64,000 bases of DNA from assembly GCA_965232515.1 (NCBI GenBank), contig CBDDPY010000002.1, positions 5,888,001 through 5,952,000 on the forward strand. Reading direction: 5' to 3'. A model generated the notes under the pieces. That model was not told where the DNA came from and made no database searches. It worked only from the letters and a program-made list of their open reading frames with translations. The position numbers and the translations under genes are program-made. The number at the start of each line of letters is the position of its first letter. Within the stretch, counting starts at the first letter, position 1. The DNA comes from Alphaproteobacteria bacterium. Lineage in GTDB: Bacteria > Pseudomonadota > Alphaproteobacteria > GCA-2731375. Of this stretch, positions 9,739-19,467 are shown piece after piece.

Positions 9739-10896
9739 ATGGCGGGACGGGACGCCCGGACGAGTGTGCGTGTCGAGCGCGTCGACAGGCGGGCCGACAT
9801 GGCGCGGTTTCTGCGTTTGCCCTGGTCGATCTACGCCGGCGATCCGTACTGGGTGCCGCCGCTGCTGGCCGAGCGGCGCGGCCATTTAGACCGGAAGGCC
9901 AATCCGTTCTTTCAGCATGCGGACGTCGGCTTCTGGCTGGCCTGGCGCGATGGCCGGCCGGTCGGCCGGATCAGCGCTCAGGTCAACCATCTGCACCTCG
10001 AACGTTATGACGACGCGACCGGTCATTTCGGCCTGCTCGAGGCCGAGGACGATCCCGAAACCTTCGCCGCCCTGTTCGCCGCCGCGGAGGGCTTCCTGCG
10101 CGATCGCGGCATGCGGCGGGTGGTGGGACCGTTCAGTCTGTCGATCAACGATGAATCCGGTCTGCTGGTCGACGGCGCGGACACGCCGCCGTCGATGCTG
10201 ATGGGCCATGCGCCGGCCTACTACGGGCGACGATTATCTGCGCAAGGTTTCGCGAAGGCCAAAGACCTGCTGGCCTACGCCTATGACCTGACGGCGCCGA
10301 TGCCGGCGGCCGCGGCGCGGTTCGTCGAACGCCTGGCGGACGATCCATCCGTGCGGTTCCGCGGCTTGCGCAAGAACAGCTACGCCGAGGACCTGGCCAT
10401 CGTGATCGACATCTTCAACGATGCCTGGTCGGAGAACTGGGGCTATGTGCCGTTCACCGAGGCCGAGATCGCGCATTTCGCCAAGGAGCTGAAGCCGCTG
10501 GTGCGGGCGGAATCGCTCTGCCTCGCCGAGGTGGACGGCGAGCCGGTGGCGATGGCGATCTGCCTGCCGAACCTGAACGAGGCGATCGCCGATCTCGACG
10601 GCCGGCTGCTGCCGTTCGGCTGGGCGAAACTGCTCTGGCGCCTGAAGGTCGGGCCGATGCGCAGCGCCCGCGTGCCGCTGTTCGGCGTGCGCGGGCGTTA
10701 CCACGGCAGCCCCATGGGCGCGGCGCTGGCCTATGGCGTCATCGACCGCCTGCGCCGCGAACATGCGGCGCTGGGGTTCCAAGAGGCCGAGCTGTCCTGG
10801 GTCCTGGAAGACAACATAGCCATGCGGCGGATGATCGAAGCTGTGGGCGGGCGGGCCTACAAGACCTATCGATTATTCGAGAAGGCGCTGGCGTGA
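9739..10896 (+). CDS. bcerS: GNAT-fold protein, probable bacterial ceramide synthase
   Basis: WVPPL, GRISAQ, GPFSLSINDESGLLV and ELSWVLEDN motifs; within spt cluster (symbol by family and synteny). Confidence 0.72.
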   Translation: MAGRDARTSVRVERVDRRADMARFLRLPWSIYAGDPYWVPPLLAERRGHLDRKANPFFQHADVGFWLAWRDGRPVGRISAQVNHLHLERYDDATGHFGLLEAEDDPETFAALFAAAEGFLRDRGMRRVVGPFSLSINDESGLLVDGADTPPSMLMGHAPAYYGRRLSAQGFAKAKDLLAYAYDLTAPMPAAAARFVERLADDPSVRFRGLRKNSYAEDLAIVIDIFNDAWSENWGYVPFTEAEIAHFAKELKPLVRAESLCLAEVDGEPVAMAICLPNLNEAIADLDGRLLPFGWAKLLWRLKVGPMRSARVPLFGVRGRYHGSPMGAALAYGVIDRLRREHAALGFQEAELSWVLEDNIAMRRMIEAVGGRAYKTYRLFEKALA

Positions 10897-11678
10897 GCGG
10901 CGCGGCGGCCGGACCCTTCACGGCCGTCATCCTGGCGGCGAGCCGTGGTGCGCATGATCCCGTCGCGGCGGCCGAGGGCGTCAGCCACAAGTGCCTCGTG
11001 GATATCGGCGGCAAGCCGATGTTGCAGCGGGTGATCGACGCGCTCGGTCAGGCGGCGTCGGTCGGCCGCATCGTCGTCTGTATCGACGATCGCGCGGTGC
11101 TGGAGGCCGTCGACGGACATGACGATGTCGTCGCCAGCACGGCGACGCCGGCCTTGAGCGTGATGCGCGCGGTCGAGGCGCTGGGCGCGGCCTGGCCGCT
11201 GCTGATCACCACGGCCGATCACGCGCTGCTGACGCCAAACCTGGTGGACGCCTTCTGCAGCCAATCATTGGCAGTAGACGCCGATGTCACGGCCGGGCTC
11301 GCCGCCGCCGCGGTGGTGCGGGCCGGCCATCCCGAGGCGAAGCGGACCTTTCTGCCGTTCCGCGACGACGGCTATTCCGGCTGCAACCTTTTCGCGTTGC
11401 TGAGTGAGGACGGCCTGCGGGCGGTGGACTTCTGGCGACGGGCGGAGCGGCACCGAAAGCGGCCGTGGCGGCTGATTGGGGTCTTCGGGCCGGTGGCGCT
11501 GCTGCTGTTCGCGCTGCGGCGGCTGACGCTCGATCAGGCCTTCGCCCGCGCCTCGCGCCGGTTCGGCGCCCGCGCCGCGGCGATCAAGCTGACCACGGCC
11601 GAGGCCGCGATCGACGTCGACAAGCCGGCCGACCTCGCGCTGGTGCGGCGGATCTGGGCGGCGCGTTCCGTCAGCTAA
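10893..11678 (+). CDS. cpgD: MobA-like nucleotidyltransferase, CpgD-like
   Basis: AVILAASRG, KCLVDIGGKPM and IDVDKPADL motifs; overlaps bcerS stop. Confidence 0.62.
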   Translation: MSGAAAGPFTAVILAASRGAHDPVAAAEGVSHKCLVDIGGKPMLQRVIDALGQAASVGRIVVCIDDRAVLEAVDGHDDVVASTATPALSVMRAVEALGAAWPLLITTADHALLTPNLVDAFCSQSLAVDADVTAGLAAAAVVRAGHPEAKRTFLPFRDDGYSGCNLFALLSEDGLRAVDFWRRAERHRKRPWRLIGVFGPVALLLFALRRLTLDQAFARASRRFGARAAAIKLTTAEAAIDVDKPADLALVRRIWAARSVS

Positions 11679-12153
11679 CGACGCTGTCCGCGACGACGAA
11701 CGGCTCGGGCAGCGTCAGGAACTCAGTGTCACCGTCGCTGCCGTCGTTCCACATGAAGATGGCGAAATGACCCGGCCGGTCGAGCACGGTCATGCCGTGG
11801 TGCCAGGTGTCGGCATTGTAGCTGATACCCTGTCCGGCGCCGGCGATAAACGCCCGCACGCCAGCCAGGTCCGGACCGCCGTCGGCGGTGTGCGGCGCGA
11901 CGACGACCAGATAGCGCGCGACGTCCATCGGCACGAAGGTCTGCGACGAATAGGGATGACGCTCCATCACCGTCGCGTTGAGCGGCAGCGTCGCCGGCGG
12001 CACATGCACCGTCGACAGCATGACGGCGGCGTCGGCCCGCCGGTTCTCCAGCCGCGCCAGGTCGTCCACGCGTCCCGCCGCGTCGAGCCGGCCGAACACC
12101 TGGCCGAACGGCGCGAAGGCCTCTGGCGTCAACGGTTGCGCGGTGATTTTCAT
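11671..12153 (-). CDS. allA: Ureidoglycolate lyase
   Basis: PLTPEAFAPFG, MERHPYSSQTF and TWHH motifs; downstream of puuE. Confidence 0.85.
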   Translation of the reverse strand: MKITAQPLTPEAFAPFGQVFGRLDAAGRVDDLARLENRRADAAVMLSTVHVPPATLPLNATVMERHPYSSQTFVPMDVARYLVVVAPHTADGGPDLAGVRAFIAGAGQGISYNADTWHHGMTVLDRPGHFAIFMWNDGSDGDTEFLTLPEPFVVADSVVS

Positions 12154-12163
12154 GCCGTTCTTC

Positions 12164-13075
12164 CTATTGTGCGTAGGGGTGATGTTCGGCCCAGTGGCGG
12201 GCGATGTCGATCCGCCGGCAGATCCAGACATCGTCGAAGTCGGCGACGTAGTCCAACAGGCGGGCCAGCGCCGCGGCCCGGGCGGGATGGCCGATGACGC
12301 GGTTGTGCAGGCCGACCGACATCATCTTCGGCTGCGTCGCGCCCTCGGCGTAGAGCACGTCGAAGGCGTCCTTGACGTGTTGGAAGAACTCCTCGCCCGT
12401 GCCCAGCAGGCCGCGGCCGAACTTGGCGTCGTTGTTGGTGAGCGTGTAGGGCACCACCAGGTGGCCCTTGCCGTCGACCGTGACCCAGTAGGGCAGCTCG
12501 TCGTTATAGGCATCCGAGTCGTAGAGGAAGCCGCCGTCCTCGACCAGCAGCCGGCGGGTGTTGACGCTGGGTCCGGTGCGGCAATACCAGCCGAGCGGCC
12601 GCTCGCCGATGGTTTCCTGCAGCGAGGCGACGGCCCGGGCGATATGGTCGCGCTCCTCGGCTTCGCTCAGCTTGTAATGCTCGATCCAGCGCCAGCCGTG
12701 GCAGCAGACGTCGTGGCCGGCCTTGCGGATCGCCTCTGCCGCGGCGGGGTTGCGCTCCAGCGCCAGCGCGCAGCCGAAGACGGTGAGGGGCAGCCAGCGT
12801 TCCTCGAACAGGCGCATGAGCCGCCAGAAGCCGACCCGGCTGCCATATTCGAACATGGACTCGGCCGCGAGGTCGCGCTCGCCGCGCGGCACGGTCGAGG
12901 CCATGCTCTCGGTCAATGTCACCTCGGAAAAGCCGTCGCCGTCGGGCACGGAGTATTCCGAGCCCTCCTCGTAATTGACGACGAAGTTCAGTGCCAGCCG
13001 CGCGCCGTTCGGCCAGCGCGGGTCCGGCGGCTGGCCGCCATAGCCGACGAGATCGCGGGGGTAGTCGTCGCTCAT
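12164..13075 (-). CDS. puuE: Allantoinase PuuE (polysaccharide deacetylase fold)
   Basis: YPRDLVGYG, FVVNYEEG, ESMFEYGSRVG and MMSVGLH motifs. Confidence 0.88.
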   Translation of the reverse strand: MSDDYPRDLVGYGGQPPDPRWPNGARLALNFVVNYEEGSEYSVPDGDGFSEVTLTESMASTVPRGERDLAAESMFEYGSRVGFWRLMRLFEERWLPLTVFGCALALERNPAAAEAIRKAGHDVCCHGWRWIEHYKLSEAEERDHIARAVASLQETIGERPLGWYCRTGPSVNTRRLLVEDGGFLYDSDAYNDELPYWVTVDGKGHLVVPYTLTNNDAKFGRGLLGTGEEFFQHVKDAFDVLYAEGATQPKMMSVGLHNRVIGHPARAAALARLLDYVADFDDVWICRRIDIARHWAEHHPYAQ

Positions 13076-13842
13076 CGCGCCGTGAAACCGCCGTCGACGG
13101 GCAGCGCCACGCCGGTCACGTAGGAGGCGTCGTCGGAGGCCAGGAACAGGGCCGCCGCCGCCACCTCCTCCGGCTCGCCGGTGCGGCCGAGCGGCACGAA
13201 GGCGCGCATGTTCTTAAGGTTCGTCTCGGCGTCGGTCTGCTGGTCCGGCCGGCCCATGAACACCGCCAGCATCGGCGTCTCGATGGGCCCGGGGCAGACC
13301 ACGTTGACGCGGATCTTGTCGGGCGCGACGCGGATCGCCAGCGATTGAGTCAGGCCGACGACGCCGTATTTGGCGGCCGAATAGACCGGGCTGAAGGCCG
13401 AGCCGGCGAGACCGGCGACCGACGCCGTGAAGACGATGCTGCCGCCGCCGCGCGCCCGCATCTCGGGGATCGCCGCCATGGCGCAGCGCAGGGCCGAGCG
13501 CACGTTGAGGTCCATGGCGATCTCGTAGTCCTGCATGTCGAGCCCCTCGACCGAGGCCGGGCCCGGATGGCCGGCATGCGCCCAGAGGATATCGAGGCCG
13601 CCGAAGGCCGCGACCGCGTCGCGGGTCAGCCGGTCGCAGTCCTCGTCTTTCAGCATGTCGCCGACCGACGCCATGGCCTCGCCGCCCGCGGCCGTCACCA
13701 TGCGCACGGTCTCTTCGGCCGCGGCCGCGTCGATGTCGCCGACCACCACCTTGGCGCCTTCGCGCGCGAACATGACCGCGCCGGCCCGGCCCATGCCCGA
13801 GCCCGCCGCCGTGATCGCCGCCACCTTGCCGTTCAGCCGCAT
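13072..13842 (-). CDS. Short-chain dehydrogenase/reductase
   Basis: TAAGSGMG and YSAAK motifs; GGAGGG RBS before MRLNGK. Confidence 0.88.
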   Translation of the reverse strand: MRLNGKVAAITAAGSGMGRAGAVMFAREGAKVVVGDIDAAAAEETVRMVTAAGGEAMASVGDMLKDEDCDRLTRDAVAAFGGLDILWAHAGHPGPASVEGLDMQDYEIAMDLNVRSALRCAMAAIPEMRARGGGSIVFTASVAGLAGSAFSPVYSAAKYGVVGLTQSLAIRVAPDKIRVNVVCPGPIETPMLAVFMGRPDQQTDAETNLKNMRAFVPLGRTGEPEEVAAAALFLASDDASYVTGVALPVDGGFTAR

Positions 13843-14101
13843 GTCCATCCCTCCCGTTCCGATGATCGTTGCCGTTCCAAGTCTGCGGCCCGGCCGGGGC
13901 CGTGGCAAGCGGAGGGGCCCGCCGTCGCTCGGCGAGCTATGGCGGGCAAGGGGGGGGTGTCGCGCGGGGGAAACGCCGGAACAACCCCATGCACAGGAAC
14001 GTCGAGGAAAATGAATCGTGTGGATTCAATGCTTTGTGTCATTTCGATAAGTGTCGAAATGTCGCGCTTCCACGGTGCTCTCGTCGCCGCTCTTGTGGTT
14101 C

Positions 14102-14215
14102 ACCGCCAAGGCGCCAAGACACCAAGAACAGGCGGCACGATCGCCAGACAGCCCGCGCGGCGGCATCGCGTCGTCGGTGCGCATGAGTATCTTGGCGCGT
14201 TGGCGTCTTGGCGGT
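14102..14215. repeat. Palindromic element with 9-bp-periodic arms (ACCGCCAAG variant)
   Basis: accgccaaggcgccaagacaccaaga (14102-14127) is an imperfect inverted repeat of tcttggcgcgttggcgtcttggcggt (14190-14215). Confidence 0.75.
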
Positions 14216-14251
14216 TCCAACAGCCCGCCGCGATGGGGTAACACTGTCGCC

Positions 14252-15049
14252 ATGCACATCACGCGCCCGCCCCGTCTTCGCCACCTGCGCCGGTTCGTCG
14301 AGCGGCTGTGGGTTGTGCGCGGGGCGCCGGGCCATGCCTATGAGCGTGTGCTGCCGAGCGGGCGCATGCAGCTGCTGGTGAACTTGGCCGGCGGGGGTTT
14401 GGGCGATTTCGACCTCTCGGGCGCGCCGCTGAGCCGGACCGGGGCGCTGGCGCTGCAGGGCCCGACGACGAGCCCGCGCATGCTGGACGCACGCCAGCAG
14501 GAGGCGGTTTGCGGCGTCAGCTTCCGGCCCGGCGGCGCGGCGTTCCTCGCGAGCGTGGCGGATGAACTGAGCGATCGGGTCGTGGACCTGGATCATTTCT
14601 GGCCGGGATGTGCGGGGCGGCTGTTCGACGAGCTCTGCGGCGCGGACGATCCGCACAAGCTGCTCGACCGACTGGAGCAGGCGCTCGCCTGGCGGCTGGG
14701 CGCGGCGGCGCCCGCCCCGGCATTCACGCGGGCTGCCGCGATGCTCACGCGCGGTCACCGGGTCGCCGACGTCCAGGCGGCGCTTGATTTCTCGCCGCAC
14801 CGTTTGCGCCGGCTGTTCCGCGCGCAGGCGGGCGTCGGACCGAAGACGTTCGCGCGCATCGAACGCTTCCGCCGGCTGGTGCGGCGGCTGCCGGGCCGTG
14901 CGTCCTGGGCGGCGCTGGCGCTGGAGACGGGTTATGTCGACCAGGCCCACATGATCCGCGAGTTCAGGGCGTTTTCCGGCACGTCGCCCGCCCGCTACCG
15001 GGCCGTGGCGCCCGACATGCCGACGCACTACCGGACGCCGTCGCGTTAG
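14252..15049 (+). CDS. AraC-family transcriptional regulator
   Basis: ERVLPSG N-terminal domain; C-terminal HTH WAALALETGYVDQAHMIREFR; precedes a VOC gene. Confidence 0.85.
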   Translation: MHITRPPRLRHLRRFVERLWVVRGAPGHAYERVLPSGRMQLLVNLAGGGLGDFDLSGAPLSRTGALALQGPTTSPRMLDARQQEAVCGVSFRPGGAAFLASVADELSDRVVDLDHFWPGCAGRLFDELCGADDPHKLLDRLEQALAWRLGAAAPAPAFTRAAAMLTRGHRVADVQAALDFSPHRLRRLFRAQAGVGPKTFARIERFRRLVRRLPGRASWAALALETGYVDQAHMIREFRAFSGTSPARYRAVAPDMPTHYRTPSR

Positions 15050-15126
15050 GGTCAGCTTTCGTACAATACGGGCCGCCCGCCGGGCTGCCAGTCTCCGGCT
15101 TTTCGACTTGGCATGGAGACCCCGCG

Positions 15127-15558
15127 ATGACGCAATCCGAACCCGCCACCGAGCTTCACCCCCGCCTCGTCGTCGAGGACGCGGACAAGGCCATCGCCTA
15201 TTACGAGACAACGCTCGACGCCGAGCTGATCGAGCGTTTCACGGACGACAAAGGCCGCGTCGTGCACGCCCGCCTCGGCATCGGCAACGGCGAGATCTCG
15301 ATGACGGAGCAGGAACGCGACTGGGGCCTGCTCGGCCCGGGCGCGCTCGGCGGCTCGGCCGTGCTGCTCCACTTGACGGTCGCGAATTGCGACGCGGTCG
15401 GCGCCCGCATGACCGAACACGGCGGCGAGGTGGTGATCCCGATTGCCGACCGGCCCTACGGCAAGCGCGAGGGCCGCATCCGCGATCCGTTCGGCCATCT
15501 GTGGATCGTCAGCACGCACCTGTTCGATTTGCCCGATAAATTCGGCACGCTGGCCTGA
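15127..15558 (+). CDS. VOC/glyoxalase (PhnB-like) protein
   Basis: AIAYY...VHARLGIG and YGKREGRIRDPFGHLW motifs. Confidence 0.85.
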   Translation: MTQSEPATELHPRLVVEDADKAIAYYETTLDAELIERFTDDKGRVVHARLGIGNGEISMTEQERDWGLLGPGALGGSAVLLHLTVANCDAVGARMTEHGGEVVIPIADRPYGKREGRIRDPFGHLWIVSTHLFDLPDKFGTLA

Positions 15559-15604
15559 GCATCTCTGGTCCGCCGGCATCGTGTGGCCGCCACTGCTGAG
15601 GGTT

Positions 15605-15693
15605 TCACCACAGAGGACACAGAGAAACAAGAAAGTTGGTTGGCGCGAAGCGCCGAAAACAAACCTCTGTGTGCTCTGTGTCCTCTGTGGTGA
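15605..15693. repeat. Palindromic element (CCACAGAG family), copy 1
   Basis: Perfect 20-bp IR tcaccacagaggacacagag / ctctgtgtcctctgtggtga around core ttggcgcgaagcgccgaaaa. Confidence 0.85.
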
Positions 15694-15737
15694 GTCCATT
15701 TTTCGGCGCCAGGGTCGGGTCGCGGCCGTTTGGGTTC

Positions 15738-15838
15738 ACCACAAAGACGCGAAGACACAAAGGAACAAACAATAAGACTAATTGGCGCGGAGCGCCGAAA
15801 AACGAAGCTGGTTCTTCGTGTCTTTGCGTCTTTGTGGT
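15738..15838. repeat. Palindromic element (CCACAAAG variant)
   Basis: 25-bp IR with 2 mismatches around core ttggcgcggagcgccgaaaa. Confidence 0.8.
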
Positions 15839-15934
15839 TCAAAACTGATTTGACGCAAGGATCGGATAGCGGCCGGGCGGGCGGCGGACTAGGGTGCGCG
15901 CTCGATCGACATACACGACACCGGAGATGACGCC

Positions 15935-16852
15935 ATGCCGTCGCCCGTGATGGGCCCGCGCGAGTGGGTGCTGCTGGTCACGCTGTCCGTGCTCTGGGGC
16001 GGCTCGTTCTTCTTCGCCGAGGTGGCACTCGTGGACATGCCGCCGCTGACGGTCGTCGTCGGCCGGGTCGCCATCGCGGCGCTGGCGTTGACGTTGGGGA
16101 TCTATGCGACGGGCGGCCGGCTGCCGGGCGGGCTCGGCCTCTGGGGCGCGTTCCTGGTGATGGGCGCGCTCAACAACGCCATTCCGTTCAGCCTGATCGT
16201 CTGGGGCCAGGTGCATATCGACAGCGGCCTGGCGGCGATCCTGAACGCGACGACGCCGTTGTTCACGGTGCTGCTGGCGCATGTGCTGACGGCGGACGAG
16301 CGCCTGACGCCGGCCCGCCTCGCGGGCGTGCTGATCGGCCTCGCCGGCGTCGCCGTGCTGATCGGCCCGGATGCGCTGCAAGGCCTCGGCGCCCAGGCGC
16401 TGGCCCAGTTCGCCGTCGTCGCCGCCGCCGTCTCCTACGCCTTCGCCGGCATCTTTGGGCGCCGCTTCAAGACCGTGACCTCGGCGCAGGCATCCGCCGG
16501 CATGCTGATCGGCGCCACCGTCTGGATGCTGCCGCTGGCGCTCGTCGTGGAGCAGCCCTGGACCCTCGCCCCGAGCCCCCTCAGCCTCGCCGCCGTCGCC
16601 GCCATGGCGCTGCTCTGCACGGCGCTCGCCTACCTGCTCTACTTCAAGATCCTCGCCGCCGCCGGCGCCACCAACCTGCTCCTCGTCACCTTCCTGATCC
16701 CGGTCTCGGCGCTCCTGCTGGGCGTCTTCATCCTCGGCGAAGACCCGTCCTGGACCGCCTACGCCGGCATGGCCCTCATCTTTGCCGGCCTCGCCGCGAT
16801 TGACGGGCGGTTGTGGCGCAGGTTGCGGCGGCGTCGGCTGCGTGCGGCGTAA
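15935..16852 (+). CDS. EamA/DMT-family transporter
   Basis: LWGGSFFF, two EamA repeats, about 10 TM segments. Confidence 0.9.
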   Translation: MPSPVMGPREWVLLVTLSVLWGGSFFFAEVALVDMPPLTVVVGRVAIAALALTLGIYATGGRLPGGLGLWGAFLVMGALNNAIPFSLIVWGQVHIDSGLAAILNATTPLFTVLLAHVLTADERLTPARLAGVLIGLAGVAVLIGPDALQGLGAQALAQFAVVAAAVSYAFAGIFGRRFKTVTSAQASAGMLIGATVWMLPLALVVEQPWTLAPSPLSLAAVAAMALLCTALAYLLYFKILAAAGATNLLLVTFLIPVSALLLGVFILGEDPSWTAYAGMALIFAGLAAIDGRLWRRLRRRRLRAA

Positions 16853-17049
16853 GGAATAGCGGCCGACCCAGGCTCATCAGATAGTAGATGGCGGCGAGGA
16901 ACGGCTTTTCAATAAAGTGCACTGGCACAGCAAGTCTCACAGACCGCCAGCTCAGTACACAAATCATTTGCCCGCAATGTCATGTACATGCTCATGGCCT
17001 ATTTGCGACGGCGATATCGCTTTCATTGGACATTCAACCGTCAGGTTAG

Positions 17050-18597
17050 ATGGTATTCTATCCTCTGATTCGCGTCATGATTGACGACGAAGCGAGCACT
17101 TCGGACAAAGGACGCAAGAAGGCTGTGAGCTTATTTCAATCTATCGTGGAATCGCTTGATTCCCTTAAATCAGCGAGAGACAGCCTCGTGCCTGAACTAC
17201 AGTCAATTACAGGCGCAAATGGAGAGAGATTCGATTTAAATAAAAATATCCCTGCGACCCCAAATTCTATATTGGAAATCGATTTTCGTGTAGAATCTCT
17301 AGTCGAATTAGCATCTTGTATTAAACCAGATCAAAATGATTTGCTCTTCCCTCACAGTCAGTCGGCAAAGCTTAAAACCTCTATTGATCAAATTACTTCT
17401 TACTACAATTCTATCACCGAGGCCATTCATAATATCGAGAGTCAGGGCGGAGGTGTTGGTGCTCTCGATCCAGAGGCAATAATGTTAACTAGCAGCAACG
17501 GTAGTATTACATTAAAACTGGGGAGTTATTTTGAGAACATTTGGAGTTCATCGGATCAAGCGCTGTCTAATCTGTATCCCGTAATAAATATCTTGCGCGC
17601 TGATGGTTTTGGAGATTTTTCATCAACCCATTCGACTTTTTCTAAGATTGTTGAGGTTGTGCAAGATGAGTACACGAATCTTGTAAATACTACTGCGAAA
17701 GCTAGGAGATCTGCTGAAAATATCGAAAATATTAATGAAAATGCAAATTCAATATTAAACGAGATTTCTCGGTTGAATTCGGAAGGCGAAAAATCTCGCA
17801 AGAATCTTGCCGAGTACGAAGCTGAAGGCACTGAAAAAATCTCGGCAATTCGACAAATTCATGAAAACGCCGATCAGGTTAAACAAACTGTGAATAGTTA
17901 TAAGTCCCAGTTCGAGAACTTTCGAAATCAATTAGATGAGCGCGAAAAATCTCTCAAATCTGGGACCGAAAGCCAACAAGATCTCTTAAAGAAATTGGAA
18001 GAAAACGAAACTCAAATTAGCGACATCAATCAACGAGCAGAGAAGATGCTCTCTGGCGCTACTGTCGCAGGGCTTGCAAGTTCCTTCGGCAGGCTCCGCG
18101 ATGATCTGACCCATGAGCTTCGATATGCTCGTTGGGTTTTCTACTTTTCGATTGTTGTCTTGTTTGCTTCGGTTATCCCTCTTCTGGCATATGTGTTTCC
18201 AAGTCCGTTCGTGGCGCTAGGGCTAATATCGATGAGCTTGACCCAAGGTGCCGGGGACGTGTCGGCGCTTGAGTTCTTGGGTCAGGTCGTCACGCGGGCT
18301 CTCCTTCTTATTCCGGCTGCCTGGTTTGCCAAATTTACCGCTGCACGTCATGCGGCTCTGTTTCGGCTGAAGGAGCACTACGCCTTCAAATACTCGGTCG
18401 CTTCTTCTGTTGATGGTTTCAAACAGCAAGCTGTCCCCTACGAAGATGAGATTGCTGCTGCGACTTTCTTTGAATTGACCTTCAACCCAGCTGATCGAAT
18501 GGAGGGCAAGGGAGTTGAAGAACGTCACCCCAATCCGATCATGGACAAGGTGATGGAAAAGCTAGGTTTCACGCATGATGGAAAGGAAAAGAATTAG
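17050..18597 (+). CDS. Low-GC hypothetical protein: long coiled coil plus two C-terminal TM helices
   Basis: 515-aa ORF in an AT-rich segment; start may be GTG at 17125. Confidence 0.75.
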   Translation: MVFYPLIRVMIDDEASTSDKGRKKAVSLFQSIVESLDSLKSARDSLVPELQSITGANGERFDLNKNIPATPNSILEIDFRVESLVELASCIKPDQNDLLFPHSQSAKLKTSIDQITSYYNSITEAIHNIESQGGGVGALDPEAIMLTSSNGSITLKLGSYFENIWSSSDQALSNLYPVINILRADGFGDFSSTHSTFSKIVEVVQDEYTNLVNTTAKARRSAENIENINENANSILNEISRLNSEGEKSRKNLAEYEAEGTEKISAIRQIHENADQVKQTVNSYKSQFENFRNQLDEREKSLKSGTESQQDLLKKLEENETQISDINQRAEKMLSGATVAGLASSFGRLRDDLTHELRYARWVFYFSIVVLFASVIPLLAYVFPSPFVALGLISMSLTQGAGDVSALEFLGQVVTRALLLIPAAWFAKFTAARHAALFRLKEHYAFKYSVASSVDGFKQQAVPYEDEIAAATFFELTFNPADRMEGKGVEERHPNPIMDKVMEKLGFTHDGKEKN

Positions 18598-18775
18598 GAT
18601 CAGCATTGGCAGACCCTACCGTCGAATTTTTCAAGAACGCCGAAATTCCCGTCGCATACACCGGATTACGGGATCACGGTGACAGTGCACCTATTTGGTT
18701 CAGCCGCGAAGGTACCGTGGCGTCGTGCGTAATGAACGCACTGGTTGCCGCCGCCTGGCCAGAGCGTTTCCCGAT

Positions 18776-19096
18776 CTACCGCGCCTCGAGCGAGCGGATG
18801 TAGGCGACGAGGTGGGCGACGTTGAAGGGGGTTAGTTCGCTGCCGATTTCGGGCATGCCGGCGTGGAGCGGGGGGAACATGATGCGGGCGAAGATCTGCT
18901 CGTCCGTGCGGTAGACGGCGACGGCGGCGAAGCTGGGGGGCATCAGCTTGAACGGGCCGCCCGGCTCGACGTTGTGGCAGCGGACGCAGAGCTCGCGGGC
19001 GATCTTGCCGCCCTTGGCCGGGTCGGCTTCCGCGACGGCGGTGGTGGCCGAGGCCATGAAGATGGCGCTGCAGATGGCGAGCGATGTCAGGCGCAT
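18776..19096 (-). CDS. Class I cytochrome c (periplasmic)
   Basis: Signal peptide MRLTSLAIC...AVAEA, CVRCH heme motif, distal GMP; AAGGAGG RBS. Confidence 0.85.
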   Translation of the reverse strand: MRLTSLAICSAIFMASATTAVAEADPAKGGKIARELCVRCHNVEPGGPFKLMPPSFAAVAVYRTDEQIFARIMFPPLHAGMPEIGSELTPFNVAHLVAYIRSLEAR

Positions 19097-19208
19097 GCGA
19101 CCCTCCTTTTGATACCGACAAGAGTCGGCAACAAAGCCTAAGCCCGGCTTAACGCCGTTTCGCACTGATCCGGGTCAATCCGGTTGGTCGGTGATCTGAC
19201 AAGCCGGT

Positions 19209-19293
19209 GTCATGCTGGCGGCGGCCAGCATCCAGCGGCGGCGTAAGATATTGAAAAACAACGGACATGGATCCTGGCCTGCGCCAGGATGAC
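19209..19293. repeat. Inverted pair of REP-like palindromes (GTCAT...ATCCA type)
   Basis: gtcatgctggcggcggccagcatcca (19209-19234) and tggatcctggcctgcgccaggatgac (19268-19293). Confidence 0.7.
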
Positions 19294-19381
19294 GGGCGGG
19301 GCGGGGTCGGTGCGGCTTGTTCGAGAACGCCGCGACCGTGGCCAGGGATCGGGCGGTGGTGGCTTGACTCTCGTCCAGTTT

Positions 19382-19396
19382 GTTCTTTTTATGTTC
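19382..19396 (+). promoter_or_regulatory. LexA (SOS) box, alphaproteobacterial type
   Basis: GTTC-tttttat-GTTC = GTTC-N7-GTTC upstream of dinB; TTGACT -35-like hexamer at 19364. Confidence 0.85.
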
Positions 19397-19467
19397 TCAT
19401 GATGAGCGACTTCGAAATCAGACCGCGGCCGGGCGTGTCCCGGCGCGCATTGGGCTGAGCCGGCGGC

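Noticed and set aside
13981-14061. AT-richer stretch with palindromes tgaatc/gattca and catttcga/tcgaaatg
   Set aside because: Could be operators or a repeat remnant, but single copy and no assignable regulator
15605-15838. Possible CRISPR array
   Set aside because: Repeats are inverted arms, not regularly spaced direct repeats with unique spacers; no cas genes
16776-16967. 63-aa minus-strand ORF at the island edge
   Set aside because: Overlaps the EamA 3' end; no RBS or motif
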